A stretch of DNA of 59,264 nt, taken from IMG/VR virus record IMGVR_UViG_3300036832_000931, positions 1 through 59,264 of that record; one strand, given 5' to 3'. Numbering within the stretch: position 1 is the first letter of the stretch; each line of letters opens with the position of its first letter. The translations under genes were made by a program, and so were the position numbers. Under the pieces are notes generated by a model, which was not told the origin of the DNA, did not search any database, and was given only the letters and a program-made list of their open reading frames with translations. This document shows positions 1 to 8,394 of the stretch, one piece after another. Origin of the DNA: a virus (taxonomy: Duplodnaviria > Caudoviricetes).

Positions 1-1252
1 TGTTATGCGTAATATCAGTTCTGATCGAACTGCCTTTGCCCGTGAAAATGGAGATCGCTAGGTCATACTCGCGAAGCACCGAATAAAACGGATTGCCCGG
101 TTGTTCGGTGCCCGACATGGTACAACTATCAATCTTGAACCCACTGTTAGTAACGCGGAAGATTTGGGTTTGGCCCGTGGTCATATGGGGATTCCACAAC
201 GTTGCCCCGGCCGCACACTGGATGGCCGAATTTGAAGGCGGCGTAACCGCGGTGAACACCAAGCCATTGTAATTTGCCGGAAACACTAGATTCTGGCCAT
301 TCGTTTTCGCCTGATTCAGCGCATTACCAATCGCCGCTGAATCGTCATTCCCCACTATCCAGAATGCGCCCGCGCTGGCATTAAAGCCTATGCCACTACT
401 ACCGCATCCGGCCGTTTTGCTTACCGTAAGCTGTGAACTGGATTGCACCGAAGCCACCGTGCCTTCGCACGCCACGCCGGTATAGCAAGCGTACCCGGAC
501 CAGCACCCCGCGGTGCTGTTCGGTGCGCCCCATTGCATCAGCGAAATGCGCTTCCCGGCCATCCCGTTGGTGAATTGGTTTGCGCTGCTTTGTAGTACCC
601 AACTATTGGTTGAAACAGTGCCATCGGAACCACTAACCGCATCGCCTTTGGCACAGCCCGCGCCCTGACCAGCGTCGCAGCCCTGATAGGTTCCGCTGAG
701 AATATCCAGACCGGCGAGCGAGGGAGGCGTTGCCGTCGCACTCGGCTGCGGGGTCGAGCTGTTGCTCGGTCCAGGCGTCGGGGTGGAGTTGCCCGTGCAC
801 AGCACCTGAAGCGTCTCGCCAGCGGCCAGCTGGGTCCAGCTTGAGTTGCTCGTCGCCCCGCCGCAATCCGCCATAATGGTGGTCTGCGGGGTGAGGTCAA
901 TGGTGTTACCTGTGGTGCCGCAGCCGAAAGTCGCGCTCGACCCCGGCGTCATCGGCAGGCGGTTGTTGTTACCGCCGACCTGTTGTACGCACTGTACCAG
1001 CGTCGATTGCGGAGCGATCAGGGTGACGACTTGGCCCTGCGGCGGTGTGGCCGTGGCAGTTGCCGTTGGGGTTCGCGTCGGTACGGGTGTTCCCGTCGCG
1101 GTGCCGCTCGCAGTTGGGGTGGTACTGGGTGACTTAATCGGCTTGAGTTCGACCGAACAGCCGTCACAATGCTTGAGCTCCATCCAGTAGTCCGCGGCGA
1201 AGGCGCTGCTGGCGACGAGCAATGCTATTGCTATCATCCCCCTCGTTTTCAT
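1..1252 (-). CDS. Secreted protein with Pro/Thr linkers and probable pectate-lyase-like beta-helix domain (3' partial, runs off the window)
   Basis: Hand translation from ATG 1252 after a GGAGGGG RBS stays open to base 1: MKTRGMIAIALLVASSAFA signal peptide, TPTATATATP linkers, and a GNDDSAAIGNALNQA...LVFP motif typical of beta-helix N-termini. Not in the ORF track because no stop falls in the window. Confidence 0.7.
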   Translation of the reverse strand, partial: MKTRGMIAIALLVASSAFAADYWMELKHCDGCSVELKPIKSPSTTPTASGTATGTPVPTRTPTATATATPPQGQVVTLIAPQSTLVQCVQQVGGNNNRLPMTPGSSATFGCGTTGNTIDLTPQTTIMADCGGATSNSSWTQLAAGETLQVLCTGNSTPTPGPSNSSTPQPSATATPPSLAGLDILSGTYQGCDAGQGAGCAKGDAVSGSDGTVSTNSWVLQSSANQFTNGMAGKRISLMQWGAPNSTAGCWSGYACYTGVACEGTVASVQSSSQLTVSKTAGCGSSGIGFNASAGAFWIVGNDDSAAIGNALNQAKTNGQNLVFPANYNGLVFTAVTPPSNSAIQCAAGATLWNPHMTTGQTQIFRVTNSGFKIDSCTMSGTEQPGNPFYSVLREYDLAISIFTGKGSSIRTDITHN

Positions 1253-1319
1253 TGTGTCCCCTCCCTTGTTGTTTCACCGCTACTGCGCGGGAACCCTTAC
1301 TCACATAAATTGTAGATGC

Positions 1320-1526
1320 TCATGCACCGCGGCGCTTCGTGCGGCGAGCTTCCTTATATTGTTTGCCGAGCGTGGACTGGCATTGCTTGCATTTATGCTG
1401 AAAGCCGCGTTGCCTATGCCGATAAAGCTCAAACGCGCTGGTCGGTAGAGTCTTCTTGCATTGATTGCACAGCCGCGTCGTCTCTGTGGAGTAGTCGTCC
1501 CAATTAAACTGGCCGAGATGTATCAT
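1320..1526 (-). CDS. Small zinc-finger protein (CxxC...CxxC)
   Basis: CNQC...F...CKQC pattern like the Zn fingers of HNH/EndoVII-type phage proteins; start overlaps the upstream stop. Confidence 0.55.
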   Translation of the reverse strand: MIHLGQFNWDDYSTETTRLCNQCKKTLPTSAFELYRHRQRGFQHKCKQCQSTLGKQYKEARRTKRRGA

Positions 1527-2647
1527 CTATATATACGCCGCTGCTGGTGCGGCTGACGCTTGTGATTCCACCCATGCGGGGCCTTGACCGCACTTACCGC
1601 AGTGGCACCGTTCTGTACGTTTACCGTGGTATACGCATCCGGCCACCCAATCGGCAGGTCATTCCCCTGCGACAATCCACACGTATAGGCCGTCGCTGTT
1701 AGGACATGGGTACCATTGTTGACCTTTACCGTCGTATCCCACATCCACGGCCCCTGCCCCGGACTACAGGTCAGAAAGCCCATGTCGCTGCTGAGACAAG
1801 CGTAAAAACACACACCAGGATTACCGGAATGTGCCAACTCTACCTTTACCTGACCAGAGACCGTCGTACCTTGTTTGGGACTGCTTATATACAGCGCCGG
1901 CAGCCACGGCTTCTCTGCCATCAGCTGATGTACCCGGTCGATATACGGTAGCGCCCCCTCGTCATACCAGTTACCGCTGTACCAGCTACCCAGACAGCCA
2001 TCACTCATCTCCTGCGCCGTACCGTTGGGATATTGCGGATAACCATGACCCGGAACCTTATCCCCGTAATACTTGATCTCCCCGTTCATACACGCCCGCC
2101 AGTACGAACCCCTGAAGTCGAGCGCGAACGGAGTGCTCTCATACGCCATCGGACACGCATTATAGTTGGTACATTTGATCTGAATTATGCTGTATGACGT
2201 GTAGCAGTAGCCTGCCGGTTGCCACGCATCAAAGCCGTTTCCTCCCGTACAGAGGTCGTGCTCGAACTCGTCGTCCCCCTTGACCGACTGATTCCACCCA
2301 CTCTCATTCCACGCCTGCGCCCTTAACTGCTCTACATCCATCCCCCACTTACACGCCGCCCACTGTATGACCTCGTCGGTGGTCCCCCTGAAGTTCCCAT
2401 CGACGCGAAAAAAGGAAGATGCCGGAGGACCATTAAATTGTAACGGGTTGGCGTAGAACGGCGCTAATTCCCCCGTCGTCGGTATCCGCTGATTGTAAGG
2501 ACTGTTCTGCCCCTTGGTCTCCGGCCGGGGCTGTACCTTGGCCGCACATTCCGCCCCCGACGGTAATGCCCCATTAGGCGGTACAAACTGTGCCCACGCT
2601 CCACTCGCGGTTAACAATAATACCGCGATTATCGCCAGTATCCTCAT
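1523..2647 (-). CDS. Secreted lytic-transglycosylase-like protein with C-terminal Ig-like domain (candidate endolysin)
   Basis: Likely start MRILAIIAVLLLTASGAWA (signal peptide, GGGGAGGG RBS); WAACKWG...RAQAWNESGW SLT-like Glu-Ser motif; ISSPKQGTTVSG...WDTT..NGTHVLTATAY Ig-like tail. Confidence 0.65.
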   Translation of the reverse strand: MRILAIIAVLLLTASGAWAQFVPPNGALPSGAECAAKVQPRPETKGQNSPYNQRIPTTGELAPFYANPLQFNGPPASSFFRVDGNFRGTTDEVIQWAACKWGMDVEQLRAQAWNESGWNQSVKGDDEFEHDLCTGGNGFDAWQPAGYCYTSYSIIQIKCTNYNACPMAYESTPFALDFRGSYWRACMNGEIKYYGDKVPGHGYPQYPNGTAQEMSDGCLGSWYSGNWYDEGALPYIDRVHQLMAEKPWLPALYISSPKQGTTVSGQVKVELAHSGNPGVCFYACLSSDMGFLTCSPGQGPWMWDTTVKVNNGTHVLTATAYTCGLSQGNDLPIGWPDAYTTVNVQNGATAVSAVKAPHGWNHKRQPHQQRRIYR

Positions 2648-2687
2648 TGCTGCCCTCCCCTTTGCCGAGCTTCGTTTCACCGCTTTA

Positions 2688-2864
2688 TTACGCGGGAACC
2701 TTGGTCTTACGCTCCTCGTCATTGATGCGCTGGTCTATACCCGCCATCCGGTACCCCAACTGATTTAAATACTTGTACAGCCGCAGACGCTGCAGCTCCC
2801 CCGCATCCTCCACCCACACCCTCATCAACTCCTCATCCGCCTTATCAATCTGCTGCCAGCTCAT
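2688..2864 (-). CDS. Hypothetical protein
   Basis: MSWQQIDKADEE... after a G-rich RBS; ends KVPA* with the stop inside a repeat-hairpin copy. Confidence 0.5.
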   Translation of the reverse strand: MSWQQIDKADEELMRVWVEDAGELQRLRLYKYLNQLGYRMAGIDQRINDEERKTKVPA

Positions 2865-2957
2865 AACGGCCCCCCTGCTTATTTTGTACTCCTCTACAGG
2901 GGCGGTGAAAATGAACGCTTGACTAATTGTGAGCGGAAGCTTAGAGGGTTGATGCAT

Positions 2958-3446
2958 GGTTCCTGCGTACTACGGCAGTGAAACTTATTCGGGTTCTCGC
3001 GTATCAGCGATGAAACCTTCGTCGACAATGTCACGGTTCCTGCGGTTGAGCAGTGAAACTCAGCGCGCTCCCGGCTCCTGCGTATCAGCAGTGAGACCCT
3101 TCGCTTTTGTTCATCGGTTCTCGCGTACCCAGCGATGAAACTTTTGAAACTGGATGGTTCCTGCGTGTTAGCAGTGAAACGCTTCCTGGGGCGGCGAACG
3201 GTTCTCGCGTATTCAGCGATGAAACTCGCAAGCTTAACTCCCCGGCTCCCGCGTACCGGCGGTGAGACCCTTCGTCGCTTATGGTTCCTGCGTTTGAGCG
3301 GTGAAACTGATGCCGACGCGAAATGTTCTACTCGGTTCCTGCGTGTTAGCAGTGAAACCCTGATCCAGTCAAAATGTCGGTTCTCGCGTACTTAGCGCTG
3401 AAACTGATGCGCGCCTCGATGGCTCCTGCGTTACCAGCAGTGAGAC
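2958..3446 (+). CRISPR. Compact CRISPR-like array: 12 truncated (25-27 nt) repeat hairpins with 7-26 nt spacers
   Basis: Copies start at 2958, 2992, 3035, 3073, 3116, 3156, 3200, 3244, 3283, 3334, 3379 and 3421. All match the 3' part of the 37-nt repeat beside the cas gene. Confidence 0.85.
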
Positions 3447-4028
3447 AGGGCTGGATATGCGTCGGGAATTGTTTGGCGCGTAGGGCTGAGGGAATGTACG
3501 CATATGCATATGCTCTCGAGAGGAAGGGCTAGGGGTGGGGTGGCTTAAGGTATCCCTACAAGCCTATAGGTACCATTCCCTGACTGACTAGGACTAGCAG
3601 ACTGAGACCTGACCGTTAGCTAGGCTAGCACAGGGTCAAGCTAACGTTTGCGGGGCTTTCGTGGCTTGTGTGCTTGGCTTGTGTCATCAGTCAGGTCAGC
3701 TAGGCAATCAATCAGATAGGTCTCAGGGAAGTGTCTACTCGAGTAGGTCCACAAAGCTAACCGGCTCCGTCTCAGGTTGATCCAACCTTGCCCTTGCCAA
3801 AAGCGCGCGCGATTGAGCCCACAGTTTCGTACGGATAAGAATTTCGCCACATATCAATATTAAACAGCAAGTTCGGTTTTCCTAATCTAACCTGACCCAC
3901 AACCTCGCGACATTTTTTGGTGCAAAAAAACGCGAGTGGGTTGACTGCAGGTTAATTATAGGCTTCCCTTATACTTTACTACCATTTACTATAGCTAGCG
4001 GTTCGACAAGCTTTTAGGAGATAAGGGA

Positions 4029-4355
4029 ATGACAAAAGGCGATCGGATAGTTGTTTTGACGGGTTCACAAGCGGGTCAGTCAGGCGAAGTGATCGAAGTA
4101 ATTGTGGATATGGTTAAGGTCCGCTTGTATGGACGAGAGGGGCTCACGATCGATTATGTCACTCCTACCGACAATGTGATGCTGCGCAGCTGCCTAGTTT
4201 GTGGCGATGCTGACCATCATGGGAATGAGCCCTGTTGCCCCGCATGTAGACATCACAACGCGTTGTTAGGTGCATATGCTGATCAGGGTCAGGTCTACCC
4301 GACGCGGGTCTTAAAATGCCGCGATTGCGGTTATGTCCAAGATATTCGGCGATAA
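4029..4355 (+). CDS. KOW-motif protein with Cys-rich C-terminus
   Basis: KGDRIVVLTGSQAGQSGEVIEV fits the KOW consensus; CLVC, CCPAC and CRDC motifs; strong AGGAG/TAAGGG RBS. Confidence 0.6.
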   Translation: MTKGDRIVVLTGSQAGQSGEVIEVIVDMVKVRLYGREGLTIDYVTPTDNVMLRSCLVCGDADHHGNEPCCPACRHHNALLGAYADQGQVYPTRVLKCRDCGYVQDIRR

Positions 4356-4385
4356 GGAGAGTTAAGGGACAATGACTAGAAGGAT

Positions 4386-4442
4386 GAGTGGACCCGGGGC
4401 AAGCCCCGGGTTTAAATGGCGGGTCAGGTCACAAGCCCTGAC
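4386..4442 (+). repeat. Two-hairpin intergenic element, copy 1
   Basis: GAGTGG-ACCCGGGG(CAAG)CCCCGGGT-TTAA...GTCAGG(TCACAAGC)CCTGAC; near-identical to 4729-4784. Confidence 0.8.
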
Positions 4443-4485
4443 AACTACAAGCTGACTGATAATCAATTTGTCGTAAGGAGACATC

Positions 4486-4722
4486 ATGGCAATCATCACA
4501 ACCGATTTTGTAGCGTACACAGCATCTAAAATGTTGGATAAGGCAAAGCGGAACTATCAACGCGCATTGACCAACCATAACAAGCAACAGTCAATCGGCG
4601 AAACTGATATGTCAGTCAAACAGACGAGACGTATGGCATTAGCAGTATCAGCATTGTCTCGAGCATCATTCCGCTTGCATGATTGCGAAAGGGTTATGTT
4701 GCGGTTGCTCAATCAGCGCTGA
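4486..4722 (+). CDS. Hypothetical protein
   Basis: 78 aa ORF with a TAAGGAG RBS. Confidence 0.6.
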   Translation: MAIITTDFVAYTASKMLDKAKRNYQRALTNHNKQQSIGETDMSVKQTRRMALAVSALSRASFRLHDCERVMLRLLNQR

Positions 4723-4728
4723 CCTGCA

Positions 4729-4784
4729 GAGTGGACCCGGGGCTCAACCCGGGTTTAATGCGCAGTCAGGTCACAAGCCCTGAC
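4729..4784 (+). repeat. Two-hairpin intergenic element, copy 2
   Basis: GAGTGG-ACCCGGG(GCTCAA)CCCGGGT-TTAA...GTCAGG(TCACAAGC)CCTGAC. Confidence 0.8.
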
Positions 4785-4825
4785 CAACGCAAAATTCAAT
4801 TTCCCGCTAAGTGAGGGAATCTGGA

Positions 4826-5554
4826 ATGAGACAAAAGGGTTTTATCAAGGGCGCGGGTATTCTCTATGAGAATAGCCAAGTTGTAGTTATTGCAACTGGG
4901 GCTAATGGGTCTCGTAAAAGCCGGAACGTTAAGACGGGTCACATGGCGCAAATCTGGATTCTAGTCAAAGCAGTAGACCCGGTCACTGCTGTTAAGACGG
5001 GGCTAGATAAAGCAGTTTGTTTCAATTGCCCCTATCGTGGCGATGAGGGGCTTGATCGGGCTTGCTACGTCACAACCTATGATCTTGCACGGGCTCCGGG
5101 TTCTATCTGGAAAGCCTACCGACGCAATCGCTACGAACACATCACAACCTCAGGTCAGATTGCCAAACTGTTTGGCGATGCTGCAGTCAGATTTGGGGCT
5201 TACGGTGAGCCCGTCTTAATTCCATTGCCAACCATCAAGGCGATAACTGAAGTGGCTAAAACTTGGACGGGTTATACGCACCAATGGAAGCGGGTCAAAT
5301 ATTTGGCTTATCGGCGTTATCTGATGGCTTCAACCTCAGAGACGGATTATCAGCAAGCCCAATCGTTGGGTTGGAGAACATTCTCAGTATCAGCAACAAC
5401 CCTGCAGGGTCAGATAGTTTGCCCTGCTAGTGCGGAACGGGGGCACAAGCTCAGTTGTGAAGAGTGCGGCTTGTGTGCCGGCACAACCCGGGTTGCTAGA
5501 AGCGTACAGATTGCCCCGCATGGGTCAGGGGCTAAATATGCTGCAGCTGCTTAA
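4826..5554 (+). CDS. Conserved Cys-rich phage protein (Gp88-like, possibly Fe-S binding)
   Basis: NVKTG...VCFNCPY...CYV...RFGAYGEP...WTGYTHQW...LMAS...GWRTF...CPAS...CEECGLC motif series. Confidence 0.6.
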   Translation: MRQKGFIKGAGILYENSQVVVIATGANGSRKSRNVKTGHMAQIWILVKAVDPVTAVKTGLDKAVCFNCPYRGDEGLDRACYVTTYDLARAPGSIWKAYRRNRYEHITTSGQIAKLFGDAAVRFGAYGEPVLIPLPTIKAITEVAKTWTGYTHQWKRVKYLAYRRYLMASTSETDYQQAQSLGWRTFSVSATTLQGQIVCPASAERGHKLSCEECGLCAGTTRVARSVQIAPHGSGAKYAAAA

Positions 5555-5735
5555 GCAGTTGCTCGAGACCCTGCAGGGTCCACTCTGCAGGGTGCTAAAG
5601 CCCCTCGCGATTTTTGGCGGGCCCGGGAAAAAAACATCGCCAGGGCTAAAAATGTCGCGAGGTTAAAAGCAAGATTTAAGCAAGCTGGCGGGACTTTTTT
5701 TTCTAAAGCAAGTTTTCTAATAAGGAGAGAGCAAG

Positions 5736-6167
5736 ATGTCAGTATCTATCAAACAGCAAGTGATCGAGTATCTCGAGCGCAACGGGTACAAGTTCGACCC
5801 GGGATATAAAGGGCACAAGTACCGTAAGCTGATCCATGATCGGTATGAACCGATCTACGTTGGCCACACGGGGGCATTTAGGAAGGGTTCTACCATCGCT
5901 GACAGCATCTCGATCACTGATAAGCTCAGAGCGCTGTTGAGCTTGCCGGCATACGGTGAGGCCGGGGCTTGCGAGACCTGTGGCAGCACCGGGTATCGGG
6001 TCAATGCTCGCGTTGCGCGTGCCGCCGGTATAGCGGGCAAGTTGGCTGGTAAGCAAGGTACTGGGAGCAAGTCAGAATGTACCCGCAAGATATATCGTGC
6101 CGGTTATATCCAGGCTTGCTCCATACCATACCATTTACTATATTGGTGTAGTTCGATTGATGATTGA
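5736..6167 (+). CDS. Hypothetical protein
   Basis: 143 aa ORF with a TAAGGAG RBS and the AGCAAG start-associated motif. Confidence 0.55.
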   Translation: MSVSIKQQVIEYLERNGYKFDPGYKGHKYRKLIHDRYEPIYVGHTGAFRKGSTIADSISITDKLRALLSLPAYGEAGACETCGSTGYRVNARVARAAGIAGKLAGKQGTGSKSECTRKIYRAGYIQACSIPYHLLYWCSSIDD

Positions 6168-6183
6168 TAAGGGAGATCAGCAA

Positions 6184-6462
6184 GTGAACAAGCAAATGAT
6201 CGCGAGGTTGTCTGAGGCTTTCGTTGCCGGGTTGCGGCAAGAACTGACGCCTGCTCAATGGGCGCTCATGGCGGAACGCAACCGCTCGGAACAAAGCAAG
6301 AATATCTGCCACAGTCACGATTTTACCGATGCAAATATGGTGATGTCTGCTGCTTTCGAGCAGGCCGGCATTCCGCTGTGGACCGCGGGCGGACATCTCA
6401 GTGAGCAATCGATGGAATTGTGGAATGCGGCGTGGGCCAAAGCGGCCGCGCAACTACGCTAG
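6184..6462 (+). CDS. Hypothetical phage protein
   Basis: GTG start after TAAGGGAGATCAGCAA; contains CHSHDFTDANMVM..AF. Confidence 0.6.
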   Translation: MNKQMIARLSEAFVAGLRQELTPAQWALMAERNRSEQSKNICHSHDFTDANMVMSAAFEQAGIPLWTAGGHLSEQSMELWNAAWAKAAAQLR

Positions 6463-6492
6463 CAAGTTTTTACGATAAGGGAGATCAGCAAG

Positions 6493-6651
6493 ATGACGAT
6501 CCAGATAACAGAATTCGCCACGCAAGTGGCGCTCAGATCCTATGGCGAGGTGCGCAAAGCCTATCGCCGATATAAAGCAGACTGCGATCGTCTCGATCGT
6601 ACCGATAGGCTTGTACAAGCCCACAGAGTTAGCCGACGCAATTGTCGATGA
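6493..6651 (+). CDS. Small hypothetical protein (52 aa)
   Basis: Hand-translated MTIQITEFATQ..., preceded by TAAGGGAGATCAGCAAG-ATG. Confidence 0.5.
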   Translation: MTIQITEFATQVALRSYGEVRKAYRRYKADCDRLDRTDRLVQAHRVSRRNCR

Positions 6652-6885
6652 TTATAAGCCCGCGACATAAGCAAGTTTGGCGCTTCAAGAGAGTAAAGCA
6701 AATGACAATATTTCAGACCAGCGACGGCTATAAGCTCTGGCAGCATACGAGCGGAGACGGGCAAGTGGTATGGCGTGACAAGCCCTCCGGGGATCCCGAT
6801 TGGGATCTTGAGTTTGGCGATGATAAGGGTCACCCGATTGACGACCTGGGTGAACCGCTCGAGGGCTCCTTTGTGAGTTAAAAGC

Positions 6886-7056
6886 ATGACGCGGTTAACG
6901 ACATTAATCGAGATAGCGCTCGGCATCCTGGTCGTTGTGCTGGGTATTCAGGCACCAATATGGATGAACCTCGTCAGACTAAACGGGCAAGTTGCCCAGA
7001 TGGGGGTTCAAGTGTCGCAAATAAACAGCAAGATTGACCAGTTGAATCGTCAATAA
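6886..7056 (+). CDS. Small membrane-anchored coiled-coil protein (56 aa)
   Basis: Hand-translated MTRLTTLIEIALGILVVVLGIQAPIW...VSQINSKIDQLNRQ. Confidence 0.45.
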   Translation: MTRLTTLIEIALGILVVVLGIQAPIWMNLVRLNGQVAQMGVQVSQINSKIDQLNRQ

Positions 7057-7095
7057 AGCGTGAAGAGCAAGTTTCCCATTAAGGAGGGAGGCAAG

Positions 7096-7257
7096 ATGTT
7101 CTACCTCAATATCAAGTCTATATCGCCACCGTTCTACCAGATGCGGTTGTATCGTACCTCGCGGCAACTGTATCAGGTGCAGTTCGAGAACGGTGCTGCA
7201 ATCACCGTCACTGATACCGGTCGCATCGTTGCGCTGGTATATGGGCAAAGCAAATGA
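7096..7257 (+). CDS. Small hypothetical protein
   Basis: ATG after TAAGGAGGGAGGCAAG; stop overlaps the DUF29 start (ATGA). Confidence 0.5.
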   Translation: MFYLNIKSISPPFYQMRLYRTSRQLYQVQFENGAAITVTDTGRIVALVYGQSK

Positions 7258-7712
7258 AGGACTATCACGCATGGTTGCTGGAACAGGCTGCGGCGCTGCG
7301 CCGCCGTGACATCGAAGCGCTCGACTGCGACGAGCTGGCTGAGGAGGTGGAGGGGATGGCAAGGACCGCGCGCCACCATATAAAAGTGGGACTAAGAACG
7401 ATCCTCGAACATCTAAGCAAGCTGGCGTACAGCAAGCCTACCCATCGCCTGTGGCGCGCAGCTATCAGCCGCTCCCGCGATACTATCAAGCTGCTGCTCG
7501 AAGAGTCACCAGGGCTCAGACAGTACCTCGATGAATATAGAGTCAAAGGCTATCGCCGCGCTCGTCGTCTGGCCGGTGAGTCCTTGGGCTGGGAACGCAA
7601 GCAATGGGAAGCCAACCTCCCAGCCGAGTGCCCGTGGACGCTCGAGCAGATCCTTGATGAGGATTTCTTCGCCGACGGTGACAATGACGGCGACTGGATC
7701 CCGATATTTTAG
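7254..7712 (+). CDS. DUF29 family protein
   Basis: DYHAWLLEQAAALR...LD..ELAEEVE...ILEHL.KL...LLEESPGLR...CPWTLEQILDEDF. Confidence 0.85.
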   Translation: MKDYHAWLLEQAAALRRRDIEALDCDELAEEVEGMARTARHHIKVGLRTILEHLSKLAYSKPTHRLWRAAISRSRDTIKLLLEESPGLRQYLDEYRVKGYRRARRLAGESLGWERKQWEANLPAECPWTLEQILDEDFFADGDNDGDWIPIF

Positions 7713-7731
7713 CCGATAAGGAGAACAGTAA

Positions 7732-7899
7732 TTGAGCGACGTCGCCACCAAAAACGATCTGCGCGAGCTCGAAGCGCGGCTCGAGAGCAGCCTCAAAAGC
7801 ACTATCATCAACACCATGATCGCGCTCACCGCCATTTATGGCGGAATTACCGCCGTCGCGATCACCGTATTGACGCTCGTATTCAAGAAAGTAATTTAA
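7732..7899 (+). CDS. Small DUF1640-like membrane protein (55 aa)
   Basis: TTG start after TAAGGAG; VATKNDLRELEARL followed by a hydrophobic helix. Confidence 0.55.
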   Translation: MSDVATKNDLRELEARLESSLKSTIINTMIALTAIYGGITAVAITVLTLVFKKVI

Positions 7900-7901
7900 G
7901 T

Positions 7902-8129
7902 TTGCAAACCCCAACCGATTTGGATTATTTACTACAACAAGTTACTGGCATGGATAAGGACGTATTTTCTAATAAGGGAGAATGCCCGTTGGACATGGAT
8001 TCTTTCAACGCTGAAACGACGGTCATACTGTCCAAGATCTTCCGCCACTACCTTCGGTGGACCATCGGGTCAATGGTCGCAATCGCCAGCATTGCCTTGG
8101 TTATAGCGAAGATATTATGGAACCACTAA
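7902..8129 (+). CDS. Small membrane protein (true start probably further downstream)
   Basis: C-terminal hydrophobic helix WTIGSMVAIASIALVIAKILW; internal TAAGGGAG RBS. Confidence 0.45.
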   Translation: MQTPTDLDYLLQQVTGMDKDVFSNKGECPLDMDSFNAETTVILSKIFRHYLRWTIGSMVAIASIALVIAKILWNH

Positions 8130-8326
8130 AAATGACCGCGGCTGAACACGTCTGGGTTGAGCAGCAGCTGGCCGAGACCCGCAAGTTTATTGCGGAGCAA
8201 AACAAGCTGAACGCCGAACGGCAAAAGTCTGAGCGGGTATGGTGGTGGGTGCCGTTTATTCTGGTCGCTGGGAATATCGTGCTGAGTGCTCTGATCGGTG
8301 CCCTCGTGGGGCACTTCGTCAAATAG
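8057..8326 (+). CDS. Small coiled-coil plus membrane protein (start uncertain)
   Basis: LAETRKFIAEQNKLNAERQK followed by WWWVPFILVAGNIVLSALIGALVG. Confidence 0.5.
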   Translation: MDHRVNGRNRQHCLGYSEDIMEPLKMTAAEHVWVEQQLAETRKFIAEQNKLNAERQKSERVWWWVPFILVAGNIVLSALIGALVGHFVK

Positions 8327-8394
8327 TTACGTCATGAAGAGAGTCAGCAGGTCTGATTCCTCATCGTCAGTGATTTTCAGGTAGGTCAGCATCG

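Noticed and set aside
2925-2937. AATTGTGAGCGGA, matching the left part of the lac operator
   Set aside because: Only 13 bp, the right half (TAACAATT) is absent and there is no vector context; most likely chance.
2956-3395. ORFs 2956-3138 and 3135-3395
   Set aside because: They are translations of the repeat array (RFLRVSSET, GSCV..VK) with no RBS or protein features.
2958-3446. TIGR-type dual-repeat array
   Set aside because: Unit length is irregular, no box C/D-like motifs or Nop-domain gene were seen, and the repeat matches the type V array.
3450-4020. Non-coding stretch with possible promoters, origin or genome terminus
   Set aside because: TTGACT at 3941 has no properly spaced -10 that I could identify, and there are no clear iterons; no specific feature is supportable.
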